From the NCBI GenBank assembly GCA_039096225.1, contig JBBPEB010000015.1:558001-622000 (forward strand): a stretch of 64,000 bases of DNA. The letters are read 5' to 3'. Below the pieces are notes generated by a model. It was not told where the DNA came from. It saw nothing but the letters and a program-made list of their open reading frames with translations, and did no database searches. The position numbers were made by a program, and so were the translations under genes. Positions 1-15,270 of this stretch are shown here, piece by piece. How positions within the stretch are numbered: position 1 is the stretch's first letter; every line of letters begins with the position of its first letter. The DNA comes from Blastocystis sp. Blastoise. Lineage: Eukaryota > Protista > Bigyra: Opalinata.

Positions 1-1171
1 ACATCTATAATAATTGTAATAATAACTTAGAATAAACATAATAACTTAATAATAACTTAGAATAAACATAATAACTTAATAATAACTTAGAATAAACATA
101 ATAACTTAATAACAACTTTATATAAACATAATAACTTAATAATAATAACATTAAAAATAATAATAAAGAATGTACTTCCTCCTTTTTGGTTGCATATATC
201 AAATAAAGTAGTTTCTAGTTCTTCTACTTGAATATGTTTATCATTAGTTTTATCTATAAGGAATTCACCTACACATTTATATAAATCTCTAAAGATAACA
301 AAAAGATTATTTACTATTATAAAAAATAGTATTAACAAATATATATACATAACTATTTATATACCTATTCAGAATACGATTCATAATATATTGGGCCTTC
401 TTCATATCTGGAGTTGTAGCATTCTTATTCATAATATCCTATAAACATATATATATATATGAAATAGCCAGAGATTGAGATTTAAATAAGAGTATACGCA
501 TATTCATATCGAAATAATATGAATAACAATAAAAAAAAAAATTATAAATCTATTAAGAACAATATATATATATATATATATATACATGATAAATCCAATC
601 TGTTGCTTGAACATAAACTTCAGGGTATTTATATATATCTGACAATTTATACTCTTGATCATTCTAAATAATAGTGTATAAAAATAGCATTATTATAATA
701 ATATAATAGATGACATATATATATATAATTATATAAATACATATTTGATTGTATATCCACCTTTTTCAGCATAAATAAGAACCTCAGTCAGCATAATCTC
801 AATAGACTTACATACTTTATGCTTTATATATATTTATTTTAATTATTATGAAAATAATATATACATAAATATAAATATAAATATAAATATAAATAAAAAT
901 TAATAAAAATAAAAATATAAATAAAAATTAATAAAAATTAATAAAAATAAAAATAAAAATAAAAATAAAAATAAAAATAAAAATAAAAATAAAAATAATA
1001 TAAAAGAACATACTTGATAAACACGTTTATGTAAAGATGCTCGACTATGGAAGAATTCATATATATCAAAAGCTGCTTTCTCTGCATAACAAATCTATAT
1101 AGATTATTATTATATATTTATTATATAAACAATATGTAATGTTAATAAGGGAAATAAAGGAGTATATAATG

Positions 1172-1215
<44 letters not shown>

Positions 1216-2669
1216 GCTTTATTAGAACGGTCGCGAACTCTGGAAGCTTCTATAATACGTGAAATAACCATGGGAGAAGGTATACCAAGCTATATATATA
1301 TATATATATAAATCATAGGCCTTTGTAATGAATGACAATATTCTTATATATATATACATAATAAGAATCTCGACTATAATAATCAAATTTATCAACATCA
1401 ATACCATTACTATATATATATATAAATTAAATAGAAAGAGAATATATAGTACCTTATACGAATATTCTAATATATACTTTTTATTAGCAACAATTTGATA
1501 CATATATTCTTTCCCTTTCATTCCCGTCCATTCCCAGCCATCAGGTGCTTCTTTAGGACTACCAAGGATCATCTCATAGATACAATGAATATCCTATATA
1601 TGTATATATATATTATGGATATAAAATGCAAAAAAACAAAATATAGACAACACTCTTAATATATATATACATTGAACCATGAATAAAATCAATTGTTATG
1701 AGTATACTTAAATAATTATAATAAACAATATATATATGAATCATGAATAAAATCAATTATTATGAGTATACTTAAATAATTATAATAAACAATATATATA
1801 TGAATCATGAATAAAATCAATTATTATGAGTATACTTAAATAATTAAAACAAATATATATATATACTTCAGCATATAAATCATAATTTTCAAAAAGAGGA
1901 AGTAAATTATATTTATCGATAATTAATTGTAATAACCGTGTAGACATGATTTCATGAGACCATCCTTCACCTTTATTCATTATTCTTAAAAACTGAGTAT
2001 CATATAAATGAGATTTTATACCATGACCTATTATATTTATATATAATGTATAAAAAAATTTTTAAAGATAATTAAAAAGAGTATAAAAAGAAAAGTAATA
2101 AATATCATCAAGAATACCAAGATCATGACACAATCCAGCAATAGAAACCATAAGAATATCTTTTTCTTGAATACATAATTCAGGTTGCTTCTTTTGAAAA
2201 TTCTCCATATACAATCGAGCTAAATAATAAACTCCAATGGAATGCTGAAATCTAAAAAACATTTTTTTTTTAAATATTAAAAATATACTTATATTATTTC
2301 TAATTCAAAATAATATATATAACGAAAATATAAATACCGATTGTGTGTAGCTCCTGGAAAAACATAACTAGCACCACCAAGCTGTTGTATATCACGTAAT
2401 CTCTGGAATTCAGGAGTATCTATAATCTTCCAACACAACGGATGAACAGTGATGAAACCTAATCAGTCATATTACTAAAAATATTATTATCTTTATATTT
2501 CTCACCATGAATAGGATCTAATACGGATTTAAACTCATCAACATGATTCTATAATCATTATTCATTACATTCATAAAATATCAATTACATGTTTAGGTGT
2601 CACAAGCATATCCTCATCTTCACTATCTGATGAAAAATTCTGCGATAAATATGTAAATGCAGTGGACAT
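1..2669 (-). CDS. SAMHD1: SAMHD1-like HD-domain dNTP triphosphohydrolase (multi-exon; 3' end runs off window)
   Basis: Spliced exons give [73 protein letters not shown] and RDLYK; GT-AG introns keep frame; ATG at 2669. Confidence 0.92.
17..143. repeat. Intronic 30-bp minisatellite, about 4 copies
   Basis: Unit aataacttagaataaacataataacttaat at 21, 51, 81 and 111. Confidence 0.9.
1678..1850. repeat. Intronic 64-bp tandem repeat, about 2.7 copies
   Basis: catgaataaaatcaatt... starts at 1678, 1742 and 1806. Confidence 0.9.
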
Positions 2670-4006
2670 TGTCAAAAATACTTTTTGTAAAAAAATTCCG
2701 CGAAAGTTTTTAAAATTTGTTCGAAAAGTGGTATTTTTCTTTGATTGTATGAATTCTTTCTTAAACAATATAGTTTCATTGATTCACAAAAATATCGTTA
2801 TGTTAAATGGATAAAAAATACGGAGTAATTCGATACATGAAGAAAAAAAATAGGAATAAAGAAAATAATTTAAAAGAAATCTATTTTCAAATTCATTCAC
2901 TCTATCTTTTTAATTATATGAATAAAAAACGCTTTTATCATTTCCTATCGTTGCTTATTTCATAAGACTGTTTCGAGGCACATTATCATCAAAATTACCA
3001 TTGAACCTCATAGGAAGGAAAACATATGAATGCTCTATGATACCGAAATTTATACCACTGTTCAGACAACATAGAAATCTTGTTTCTTTCAAAAAAAAAT
3101 TTATGATTTCCAAAATGAATTCAGAAAGATAATTATCAAATAATAAAATTTTGCAACTCACCTATAGTTGTGCTTCTACATGATATAAAAAATATCAAAT
3201 CATTATAGATCAGAATAGTAATAATACGTGATTGTCTAGGAAACTTTTCTAACGCTGTTTAAACTACATGTCAATGTTTACGAGCACCTGAGAAAAGTGA
3301 AACATATTATAAAGAAGAAAGCATAAAAAGGTGCATACGAATGACACAAATCATAAAAATCCATGTAGATGATACGCTCGTATTAACATGGTTATTTTCT
3401 ACAAAGTGGCCTTACTCGCCTGTCCTTTTTTTAAAGAAACTGTTCAGATTATTGGTAGAGGTTCTGCTGACAAAACCGTCGTAATACTCTAGTCTCATCG
3501 AAATACTATTATAAACAAAATGATTGGTGTTTCATTTATCCAATAAAAAGTGGAGTTTAGATAAGTTGTTTTCCATTGATTGGATTGTTTTTTTATTTCA
3601 AATCATTCTGAACACACTTGTTTTACAAAACATGCTTTCGTTTTGAATGAGAAATGTGTATAAAGATGTTAAAAGATTTCATTCTCATAAGGATTTGTGC
3701 CTGATAGTCTAATAGTTATTTAAATAACATAACTATTGTCTGTTTGTTTCATTAATGAACTGATAAAGAAGTATTATATCTTTTAGACAAGAATGAATTC
3801 GGACACACAATAAATTTTCAGCCAATCATTTCTTAACATAAACAACTAGATTCCCATGGGGAATACAGATTAATCTCTAAAAAAAAGTGACTCTATTCTT
3901 TCCATTTTCATTAGCCAACATTCTCTTTGGAAAATGGATGGTGAGAGCATAAGAAACGGCATTCCCAACCACATTAAAACACATTTTATTTTTTGTTTCT
4001 ATTGAG

Positions 4007-7000
4007 ATGAAACTTACTTCTTTATTTGTTTGTCTTCTCTTAATTGTCAAGGGTATGATATGAATTGAGTCAATATCTAATTTATTCATAGTTCTTGCTG
4101 ATTGCGAAGCGAACCAATTTCCTCTTGTTTTTGTAAAGACTTTTAGTACTTCTGCTGCTGAAGAAAGTTTCAAAGTATCACTTGCTAGTGATCTTGAAAC
4201 TTCTCTTTATACGTTTACAGCTACTAATTCTGATAATAGTCAAACTAGAAAATATGATGCTTGTTTAGCTAATGGTAACTATGTCATCACTCTTCTTGAT
4301 AGTTATGGTGATGGTTGGGGTACTTCATCAGTATCTGCTACTGTTTTACTTAAATATAAAGATGTTACTGTTGATACTTTCTTTATGCCATATAAAAGTG
4401 GTCGTACTTATCTTACAGATTCTCATGAATTTACTTTAAGTATTGGTCTTTTATCTGGTTGGAAATATACTTCTAATCCTCAAACTAATTCTGCTTGGAC
4501 TGAAGCTGCTTTTGTTGATAGTCAATGGACTAGTGGTGAAGTTGCTGCTATGCCTGATTTCTCTAGTGTCACCCGTTATTATAGAAATACTATTTTTGTT
4601 GCTGATGATGCTACTCTTATTGATTTAGGTGTTTTCGTTAAGACTGATGCTGGTATTATTATTTATGTCAATGGATTAGAAAAATACCGTTATAAGATGC
4701 CTAGGTATTTATTTATTTTTTATTTTTTTTTTTGTTTATTTTATTTATTTTATTCAATTCATTTATTTTATTTATTTTATTTATTATATATATTTTATTT
4801 ATTGTATTCATTATATTATAGTGGTGCTGTTACTTCTACTACTAGTTCTACTGGTGTAGCTGATGCTACTGCTGCTATTAAAGGGTATTTATAAATTTTT
4901 TATCTATATATATATAATAATTTTCTATTTAGTGTTACTCTCTATAAATCTTCTTTAATTGTTGGCTCTTCAAATCAAATTGCTATTGAAATCCATCAAT
5001 ATTCTACTGAAACTACCCATGCTGATGCTTTTGATACTAGTATTTTCTTCCATAAAGCTGCTTCCAATAGTATGTTTTTATTAGTATTGTTATTGTCATC
5101 AAATATTTTTCATATACATTATTTAATTATATATTAACATTAAGAATATTTAGATTGTTATATAATGTATATATTTATATAGAATGTTTCGCTCATTTAA
5201 CAGTTGATGGTGTTGCTACTTCTCAACATAGTGCTTATAGTACTTCTTATGGTGCCATTAAAGCTTTTGATTGGTCTGAAGGTACTATGTTCTATACTGC
5301 CAATTCTCCTTCTTCAATTTCTTATACTTTCAATTATAACTCTTTTGTGTATGTAAACACTTATTCTATCACTTCTGCTTCTACTTCTTCTTATGGTTAT
5401 CCTAAATCTTGGACTCTTTATGGTAGTCGTGATGGTGGTAATACTTGGTTCTATCTAGATGATCAAACTAACTCTGGATTCTCTACTTATAAAGTCTCAA
5501 AGACTTATTATATTAATACCAATAGTCTTGCTTTCAATAGCTTTAAATTTGATATCAGTATGTATATTAACTTTTTATTAGTGTTCATCATATATATATT
5601 CATTATTATTTTATATATTTATTTTTTATTAGTGTTCGTCATATATATATATTAATCATTATTTTATATTTATAATATAATTATCTCATCTATATAGCTG
5701 CTAATACTATTTCTGGTAAGAGTTCCGTTGGTGATATCAACTTACAAGCTTGTAATATTCCTATTAGTGTTCCTTCTTTTGGATACTCTGTCACTTCTAT
5801 TAATACTCAATTAGGTTCTCAAGATTTAAATCTTAAGCCTGCTGTTGGTTATATGAATTATGCTGTTACTCCTGATTTTGTTTCTGGTGTTACTTTAGAT
5901 CCTAATACAGGTATTATTTCAGGTAGTCCTAATGGCTCCGTTAATCAAATCTATCATATTACTGCTACAAATCCTATTGATGGTCAAACTGTATCTACTG
6001 ATATTACATTAGTAGTTACTCCTTGTAGTCAACCTACTTATCAACCTATTGTTCTTCTTAAAACTAACAAAGGATCTGCTACTCAAGAAAAATTCACTAT
6101 TAAGGATTCTACAAATACTACTGTCTTTGATTCTGACTATGGTATTAATTCTTCAGATGAAACATTCAATCTTTGTGCACCTGCTGATCTCTTAACTATT
6201 GAATTATTTGATACAAATAATAATGGTTGGACTAGTAATTCTTATTTATATGTCAAACTTCGAGTAGGTAATGATTTAGTTACTCAAGGTCGTTTCAATT
6301 TATTTGAAAAGAGTTATGGTATTTATACTGTTGATCTTCGTCTTCCTATTTATTATGGATCTCATTCTTGGAAATATGTTAAAGGATCTGTTCCTAATAA
6401 TTGGTATATGAGTACTTTTGTTCCTTCTAATTGGGCTACCTTAGGTGAAACTGCTCCTTCTAATGATGCTAAGCTTTGGTTATTTAGAAATACGTTCTCT
6501 ATTGCTAATATTACTAGTTACCATAGTTTTACAGTCAATCTTAGAGCTTTATCTGGTTATGTTATATATATTAATGATCAAGAATTATATAGATATAATC
6601 TTCCTGCTGGTCCTATTAGTATAGCTACTGAACCTACTGGAAGTGAATCTTCTATTTCTATGTTTACTATTAGTGCTCCTACTTCTTTATTAAAGGTAGG
6701 TACTCCTAATACTATTGCTATTGGTCTTGTCAATATGGAAACTCTTAGCACTATAGATTTCGATTGTTTTATTCAATTAGATAAAAACTCTGTTTCTTTA
6801 ACACGTTCTTTTGATGTTTCTGCTACCTCTACTGGTGTTTTTGATAATTCTCAATATACTTATTGGAGTACTAATACTCCTAAAGATACTGAATTATCTA
6901 TTAGTGCTTCTTTTAATAACCATCGTGCAGAATTTATTAATAAATATTGTATTATTAATTATAGTTCTGGTCATTTATATGATCCTAGTTCTTTTAGTAT

Positions 7001-9350
7001 AGATGCATCTGATAATGGTGAAACTTGGACTCCTTTAGATCGTGAAGATAATGTTATGTTTGATTCAAGTAAACAAAGAAAATGTTTCTATTTAACTTTA
7101 AATACTAAACCTTGGAATCAATATAAATTACGTTTATATAAATCATATAATGGTTTAGAAAAATATTATTATAGTATTATGGAAGTAGAATTATTAACTG
7201 AAGATATTAGTCAATTAATTGTTCCTGAATTTTATATGACTCCTTCTTATATCGAAGCTTATCAAGGTGTTGAATTCCCTACTATGATTGAATCTCATGA
7301 TGTATATAGAGATTATACTATTACTCCTGCTCTTCCTTCTGGTCTTGAATTAGATACTACAAATGGTAATATTCGTGGTAATACCGTTGAAGTCTTTAAT
7401 AATACTTATACTTTAACTGCTAAGGATCATTTAAGACGTAGTCATACAACTACTATTCGTATTGCTACAGTTAATTGTAATACTCCTAATCTTCTTTTAA
7501 CTTTACAATTCTCAGGTACTGCTACTGGTGATGAAATGGGTTTCTATCTTTATAATCTTAATTATACTCAAACTATTGATTATCGTAATAATCTTATTAA
7601 GAGTGATAATATTCTTTTCCATTATTGTATACCTGTAGGTGTATATAACTTACAACTTAGTGATTCTGGTTATAATGGTTGGGATGGTGGTAGTTATAAA
7701 GCTTTAATTGATCAAACATCTGTTATTTCTAGTGGTACTCTTAAGAATAATGAAGGATATAAAACTATTCTTTTGAATCTTGGTTATTTAGTTAAACCTG
7801 GTACTCATAGTTGGTATTATTCAAATCAAAATGAAAATATACCTGCTAATTGGTATACTGCTACTACAGATACAAATAGATGGTCTAGTGCTTTAACAAA
7901 TAAAATACCTTCCAGTACTACTATTACTCAATATTATAAAACATTTGTTAATGTTGAAAATAGTCTTGCTCAACGTTTTTCTGTCGTTGAATTTAGTGTG
8001 AAATTCCGTTGTGGTTGTCGTTTATTTGTTAATGGCAAAGAAGTCAAGAGATATAATATGGATATACCTGATGAACAAGAAATTTCTAAGAATACTTTAG
8101 CTACTTCTTCTTTCAATATTATACAATGGGTTCAACATTCTGAATCTGGTCAATTTGGTTCTTTCCATGATGGTGTTAATGTTATTGGTGTTGAATTACA
8201 TAAATGTACTGCTACTGGTGTTGCTGATGCTTTTGATTTCTCTGTTCGTTTTGCTGAAGGTGAATCCAATCGTCTTGCTGCTGGTGATTTTACTGTTTTT
8301 GGAGATATTATGAATGATTGGTCTTATTATCCTGCTAAGAATCTTTTTGATGATGATTATTATACTACTGCTGAATCAGGTCCTCGTTGTGTTGGTGCTA
8401 CTTATGGTATTCAATTCAATAATAATAAAGCTGATTATGTTAATGGTTATCGTGTCACTACTGTAAGTCGTTGTAATTACCGTAATCCTACTGGTTGGGT
8501 TGTATATGGTTCAAATGATATGAAGAAATGGGATGTATTACACAGTGTTAATGATCTCTATACTTATTATAATCCTGCTATTTATAATTATGAATTTATT
8601 ACAACAAATAGTTATAATGCTTTTAAGTTTGAAGTTACTTCTTGTTATAATACTCCTGTTGATTCTATGGAATATTCTAATTGTTATTATGCTAATGATT
8701 TCTCTAGTTATGATGGTAGTTGGGGTTTCCATTTAGGTGATTTCGTATTTACAACTAAGAAATTAGGTAATACTTGTGATCGTGTTGATGGATATACTGC
8801 TGCTGTCAATAATGGATATGCTACTAAGGAATGTGATCTTTATTATGCTGGTAAATTACAAAGAAAATGTACTGATGGTGTTTTAGGACCTGTTCAAGAT
8901 TATTGTACTCCTGATGTTCCTGCTTCTATTAGCTATTCCAAGAAAGTTAGTTCTTTTACTGTAGGTAAGACCATTGTTCCTTTAGTTGCTACTGTTGCTG
9001 GCGCTGAATATACTTGTACAATTGAACCTGAATTACCTATTGGTATGATGTTTGATACAGAAACGGGTAGTATTTCTGGTACTCCTAATAATGAATTAGA
9101 AGCTTCTTCCTATTATATTACTTGTAGTAATAGTGCTGGTGAAGTTTCGACTGAAATTATTTTCTCTGTTGTTCAAGGTGAATCTCTTCCTATTGTAGAA
9201 TATATTATTGTTGGAGTATTCATTATTCTTGCTGCTTTAGTATTAATTCTTATTATCGTTAAGAGAACATCTTCTGCTCAAAGTAAGAGAAAGATTCAAA
9301 CCTCTAAGAAGAATTCTAGTACTATGGAATCCAAACCTGTTGTTGTTTAA
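4007..9350 (+). CDS. Large type-I membrane surface protein with putative Ig (He_PIG-like) and F5/8-type-C/galactose-binding-like domains
   Basis: Signal peptide MKLTSLFVCLLLIVKVLA; repeated LPxGLxLDxxTGxIxG Ig-like motifs; PKSWTLYGSxDGxxW discoidin motifs; DSYGDGW/DSGYNGW motifs; C-terminal TM (YIIVGVFIILAALVLILII) and short basic tail. Confidence 0.85.
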
Positions 9351-9763
9351 GCTACTTGATTCTTTCTATATTATATTTGTTTTTATTTATTTAAATAATT
9401 ATCTCCTAGTTTTTATTTATTTTTCTTTAATTATAGAATATCAATATTGTTACAAACATTCAAAAATACTTTTTTTGTTTATTTTTGTTACCTTATTTGT
9501 TTGAAATACTTGATATTCAACAAGGATCATCTTTATATATACTTAGTAATTTGTTTTTAAATAGGTTCTTTTCGACATATGCGTTTTGTTTGTTTTTTTT
9601 TTAAATTATTAAAAAATAAAATTTTACATAAATTTTTAATAAACTAAAAAAGTCATAAAACGAAAAATATATTTTTTTTCAATTTTTTAAAACTATTTGT
9701 TCAGGTATATTCTTAATATATTCTTTTATATGTAACTCAATATTCATACATATGATTTATAGG

Positions 9764-11626
9764 ATGGAGATTGATATAACACAAGAAACTAATGATAAGA
9801 CATTTTTTTATTTCTCAAAAGATTATGGAAATGAAGAATTTAAACTTATTGAGTTGAACAAAGATTATATATCTGATTATGAGAAAGGAGAAAAGTATTT
9901 TTATAGAATTCATAATATCATTATGGATATTCTAGATTATATATAAAAGGAACAACCTCTTCAAAGGCTACATTATGCTCTTCATCAAGAAGGTATGAAT
10001 AACTAACGTTTTAAATAAGTCATTAGGAGAATTATTTATATATAGTTCTGTTCTTCAATCAGTTTCAACATCAAATACTGTATTAATATGTGAGGACAAC
10101 AGTAAAGAATCGTATTTATTCTTTAATATAATTTAATTATTTTAATTTTATTTAAAAAAACAATATATAAATAGCTCAAATGATATAGTCGTACATGGAA
10201 AAGTTGGCTATCAAATTGAAGTATATTCACTATTGAGATTCTTTTTAAAATCGATATTTTTGTTCAAGATATTTTATTTTTAAATCAAAATTTATAGTTA
10301 GTAACGAATCCCATGGACCCATCCGCTTTATATTCTTCTTTAAATTCTTATAAAGAGGGAAATGTAAATACAATTTTTATATACTATAATTTATAAATTA
10401 ATATTTATTTATATATAATTGAATTGTTATATTATAGGGAAAATCAATACAGGAATTATGGTATAATTCTATATATAGTGAGAAAGAAATTGAAGAATTT
10501 TTGAAAAGTAGTTTTCATTGCGTTTGTAATTCGAATAGTATATATAGATTATTATTAATATATTTACTTATATATAGAGGAATGGTATTCGATAAATAAT
10601 AATGATTTATATCAATATATATCAATAATAACTACATATATATTGAATAATGATTTAAATATCAATTCATTTTCAAAAGAAACTATTCTCCAAAATATTC
10701 AAGATCCTTATCCTTTTATGATTGTATATGCTTATATATATATATGTAATTACTCATAGTATTCAATATTTCTTCTTTTTATTTTTATATTCTTTTCGAG
10801 TTTATATATAATTATATATAATTATATATAATTATATATAGGAGCATGTATTATCTATATATACGAAAGAGAATGAGAATGGTACTTGGTCATTCAAACA
10901 AGGATTATTAACCACGGAAATAGCTCGTCATATCTTTTTAACTGAAGGAGAATGGATACCCACGACGGAATATATACAATTATTACAAGCAGAACTCCCT
11001 GCTGGTATATATATATAGAATTATTAGATATAAATAGTAATAAAATATATAATAATATATAATATATAATAATAATAATAATAATATATAATATATAATA
11101 ATAATACTATATATATAGAGTATACACTTGATTTATCGATTTTATCTTCTTTATGTATATTGGAATCTCAAAATGGTGTAGTTGGATATCATTATATAGA
11201 TATGTACGCTCTTCCTGTCGATCCAAAAGAACGATATAAACATTTATTTTCAATTAAATCCGAATGGTCTAATGAAGAATTACAATACTTTATTAAGTAT
11301 ATATTTTTTAGTATAATATTATTTTATATATATCTTCATATATTATAATATATATTGTTTTATTATACTTTTATTTTTCTTATTTATATACTATATATTT
11401 AAAAAGTATTATGCTATAATTTACATCATATTGTGTAGTCTAAATATATACTATATATAACAAAATGAAGAATTATTTATATGATTATTATAATCTATAT
11501 ATATATAGTGATTTAGAAAAGTGGGGATATGGTAAGTTGCATGATTTAAATATACAATTCTGTAGAGAGGTGAATAAGAAGAATAATGATGGAACTTATT
11601 TGAAAGTACTTGTTCTTAAGCGATAA
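9764..11626 (+). CDS. DCC1: Sister chromatid cohesion protein DCC1
   Basis: FKLIEL, KATLCS...QSVSTSNTVLI and C-terminal LPVDPKERYKHLFSIKSEWSNEELQYFI match the Dcc1 family; probable 5'-UTR intron at 9705-9762. Confidence 0.8.
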
Positions 11627-11836
11627 ATTCAACTATTTTTAGTCTTTGTAGTATATATAAAAAAATGTGTGTTTGCTATTTGTTTTGTTTGAATTCTATA
11701 TATTATTATAAGTCAAATAAAAAAAGTTGATAATCTATACAATTAAATATATAAGTACAACAAAACAATAGAAAATAAAATAAAAATATAATAGAAGAAT
11801 ATTATTTATTCTATTATATACATAAAATATATATTA

Positions 11837-12219
11837 TTATTGTTGAAATTTAATATTATAGCCTCCGGTCTTAGGATCTTGTTCCATTTTAAAATTATCT
11901 AAACTCATTCCAAATTTACCTAATATTTTATTTCCAAATCCTTTTAATTTTGATAACATTTCTTCTTTTAGTTTTTCATTTCGTTCATTAATTTTCTTAT
12001 CTAAAGCTTCTTTCTTTAGTCTATATTCACGAAGAGAAGGGTCAAGCTCTAATATCTTTGCATAATCTATATGGTATTTTATATATTATTATTTGATATA
12101 TATATTATTTGATATATAAACTATATTATAATAAAAGCATATTATATATACCTGCTTGTAATTCATCTAATTTGTCTAGTTTTTCATAACATGTTGCTCG
12201 TCGAATATAAGCCTGGAAT

Positions 12220-12251
<32 letters not shown>

Positions 12252-12283
12252 AATAAATAAATAAATAATATAAATAAATAATA

Positions 12284-12330
<47 letters not shown>

Positions 12331-12887
12331 AAATAAATAAATAATATTATAAATACTTTAATATAATTGGGTTGCTTTTCAATAGCTTGATCGCAATCTT
12401 TACATGCTTCTTCATATTGATTCTACAATTAATTAATTATAGAATAATAAAAATGATTAATTTCTATTATATATATAAACTAAATATATACAAGTTCAAT
12501 TTCAGCAGCTGCTCTATTTGCATAGAAAATTGACTAAAATACAAAAACTATGATCAATTCTTTATAAAATATACTATATCCTTTTTATATTCTTCCAGAT
12601 CTGGACAAGCCTCAAGGGCAGATGAATAACATGAAATTGAGTCATTATAACGACCTTCCTTGAAATGACTATGGAAAAGAAATTGTCTTGTAAACATATT
12701 ATTATATAAAATAATAATACGCATTTCCTTCATTCTTATGCTCAAGGGCTTCATTATAATCTCTTTCAGAATGAACAATAATTTCAGGAATATCTTCCTC
12801 TTTTTCTTCTTCATTTTCTTTCTTTTCTTCAGACTCCTCTACAGTCTCAGGAACATCTACAAATTCTTCTTCTTGATTGCTTTCCAT
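11837..12887 (-). CDS. TTC1: Tetratricopeptide repeat protein 1
   Basis: Acidic N-terminus, three TPRs (KNEGN..F..G.Y; FYANRAAA; AYIRRA) and the diagnostic tail EEMLSKLKGFGNKILGKFGMSLDNFKMEQDPKTGGYNIKFQQ. Confidence 0.88.
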
Positions 12888-13410
12888 CACGTATATGAAC
12901 AATTTAATAAGAATTCAAAAAAGAAAATTCCTTCGAACTGAAATGCAGCTGACATTCGTTGAAAAAATTGTTCTTCCTTTTTCATATTTCTATTCCGTAA
13001 TCAACCACCCAAACTCTTTTTTATATTCTAAAAACTCTTCATGGAAAGTATGAAGAATCAAATAGATATTTTAATCTTATTGTCATAAACAATTAAATAT
13101 GGTATACATTATAAAACATATATTATAACAAACATATAAGCTTGTAAAAGTCACTTAAGTAATTTCATAATGTTTTCTGTCAATTATTTATGATAATTTG
13201 TGAGTGACTACCACCATAATTGCTCAAAAACTATCTAAACAATTTCTAAATTCCTTAGTACTATTATTTAATTGAATTGAGCATATTTAATAGAGGTAAA
13301 TGTATTTGAGTATACCCATAAATGGTAATACAATATTTCTCAAATTTTTGTGGGAAAAATGTCATTATCGTTATGTTTTATAAACTCTTTCTACGTTAGC
13401 AACGCACCTC

Positions 13411-15238
13411 ATGGAAATCGATACAAACTCGCCATATGTATGTGAGAGAATCTATACTTTTATGAAAACTATTCGTATAGGATCCCTATCCAACGGATCA
13501 ATTATTACAAACTGCGCTTAATTCTTCTAAAAACTTAATCAGTCCTACGAAACACATTATATACAAGAGAATTGAACAGCCTCCTATGAACAATCTTGAT
13601 GAGTATGCCGATTTATTTTCAATTATTTCCGTTGATGTTGTTTTTGATATGATATTTTCTAATATTTATTATAATACTCTTATCTGATGACAAATATGAG
13701 ACAATTAATGATATATACTCTATTTCTCTAGGTCATTTGAAGTTAATAATGAGAAAGTATTGAATGTATTGTCTAAAGAGGAGCTCGTAGCTTCACATAC
13801 ATGTTTAGAGTCTTTACAATACCTTAATTCTCATTTTAGTCAGCCAGATAATGATTGGCTAGGTCAAATTGATTTTGTGAATAGTTTTCGTTATATATTA
13901 TTCACTGAACCGGATTTTATCGTTTCTTCTCTTCAACGATATATCCCTAATTTACGCCATTATTTAAATTCTCTTCGAAGCGTTGTTGCTAAGACAGCAA
14001 TGATCTCCTTTCTAGAAATGTTTGACATTTTAAAGGTATTCATGTGTTTTGAGTGATTCTCTATGATTTTATATGGTTATTTTTTTTATATATTTATATA
14101 TTATGTTTTATTTTTATATATTTATATATGATGATAAATTAATATACTATACTTTTTCTTATTCTGTAATATATATAAAAAAAACAAATTATTTTTATTA
14201 TAGTTTATATCTCCTTATATATACTAGAATTCTTCTCTCGTTGATTTCATCTCTACTCTTCGATTATTATTTATGAAGGCCTGTGGAGATAAGAACTTTA
14301 TTAATGAAGCAGGACAAGACACACTTACTATGGTAATTATTATTATTATTATTATATTTTATAACTATATTATAATATTTTATAACTATATTAAATATAT
14401 AACATTATTATAATTTTATTATAATTATATTATACTTATATTATAAATATATATATTATAAGTATATTATTGTTTTAACACGAATTTATACACATAATAA
14501 TTCTTCTAGATGGCTACAAAATGTGATACACCTGATTTATATACATATTTATTACCATTTCTTAAAGATAGAAATCCTAAAGTATTTTTATATTTCAGTA
14601 ATATATATCTTTGTGAAATCATTTTTTTTTATTTAATAATAATAATAATATATATATATATATATTATAGATTCAAGCCTTGTCTACAAAGACCTTATAT
14701 ACATATTTATCTACATATCCTTCTCTTCTTTCCGTTGTAGATCTCTCCTCTCTCTATAAATTATTCCCTATTTTACTTACTTCAAAATCACCTGAATGCA
14801 GGACGTATATATATAATTGTTATATATATAATTATATATAATTATATGCTATATATATAATTGTTATATATATAATTATATATAATTATATATATAATTA
14901 TTATATATATAATTATATATAATTATATGCTATATATATAATTATTATTTATATAATTATATATAATTATATGCTATATATATAATTATTATTTATATAA
15001 TTATATATAATTATATGCTATATATATAATTATTATTTATATAAATGCTATTAATATAATATATATGTTTTGTTTATATATATAGAGTAACAAAAGACTT
15101 TATTAGTTGGTTTATTCAAATAAAAACTCAAGAGGTATTTTTAAATGAATTAATTACTGTTGGAGTGAATCAGTATGATCGTAATACTATCGTAGGAAAA
15201 GTCAATGAAACTACTGTAAAAAAGTATATTTAATTATT

Positions 15239-15270
<32 letters not shown>

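Noticed and set aside
5-202. ORF with [10 protein letters not shown] repeats
   Set aside because: Translation of an intronic 30-bp minisatellite
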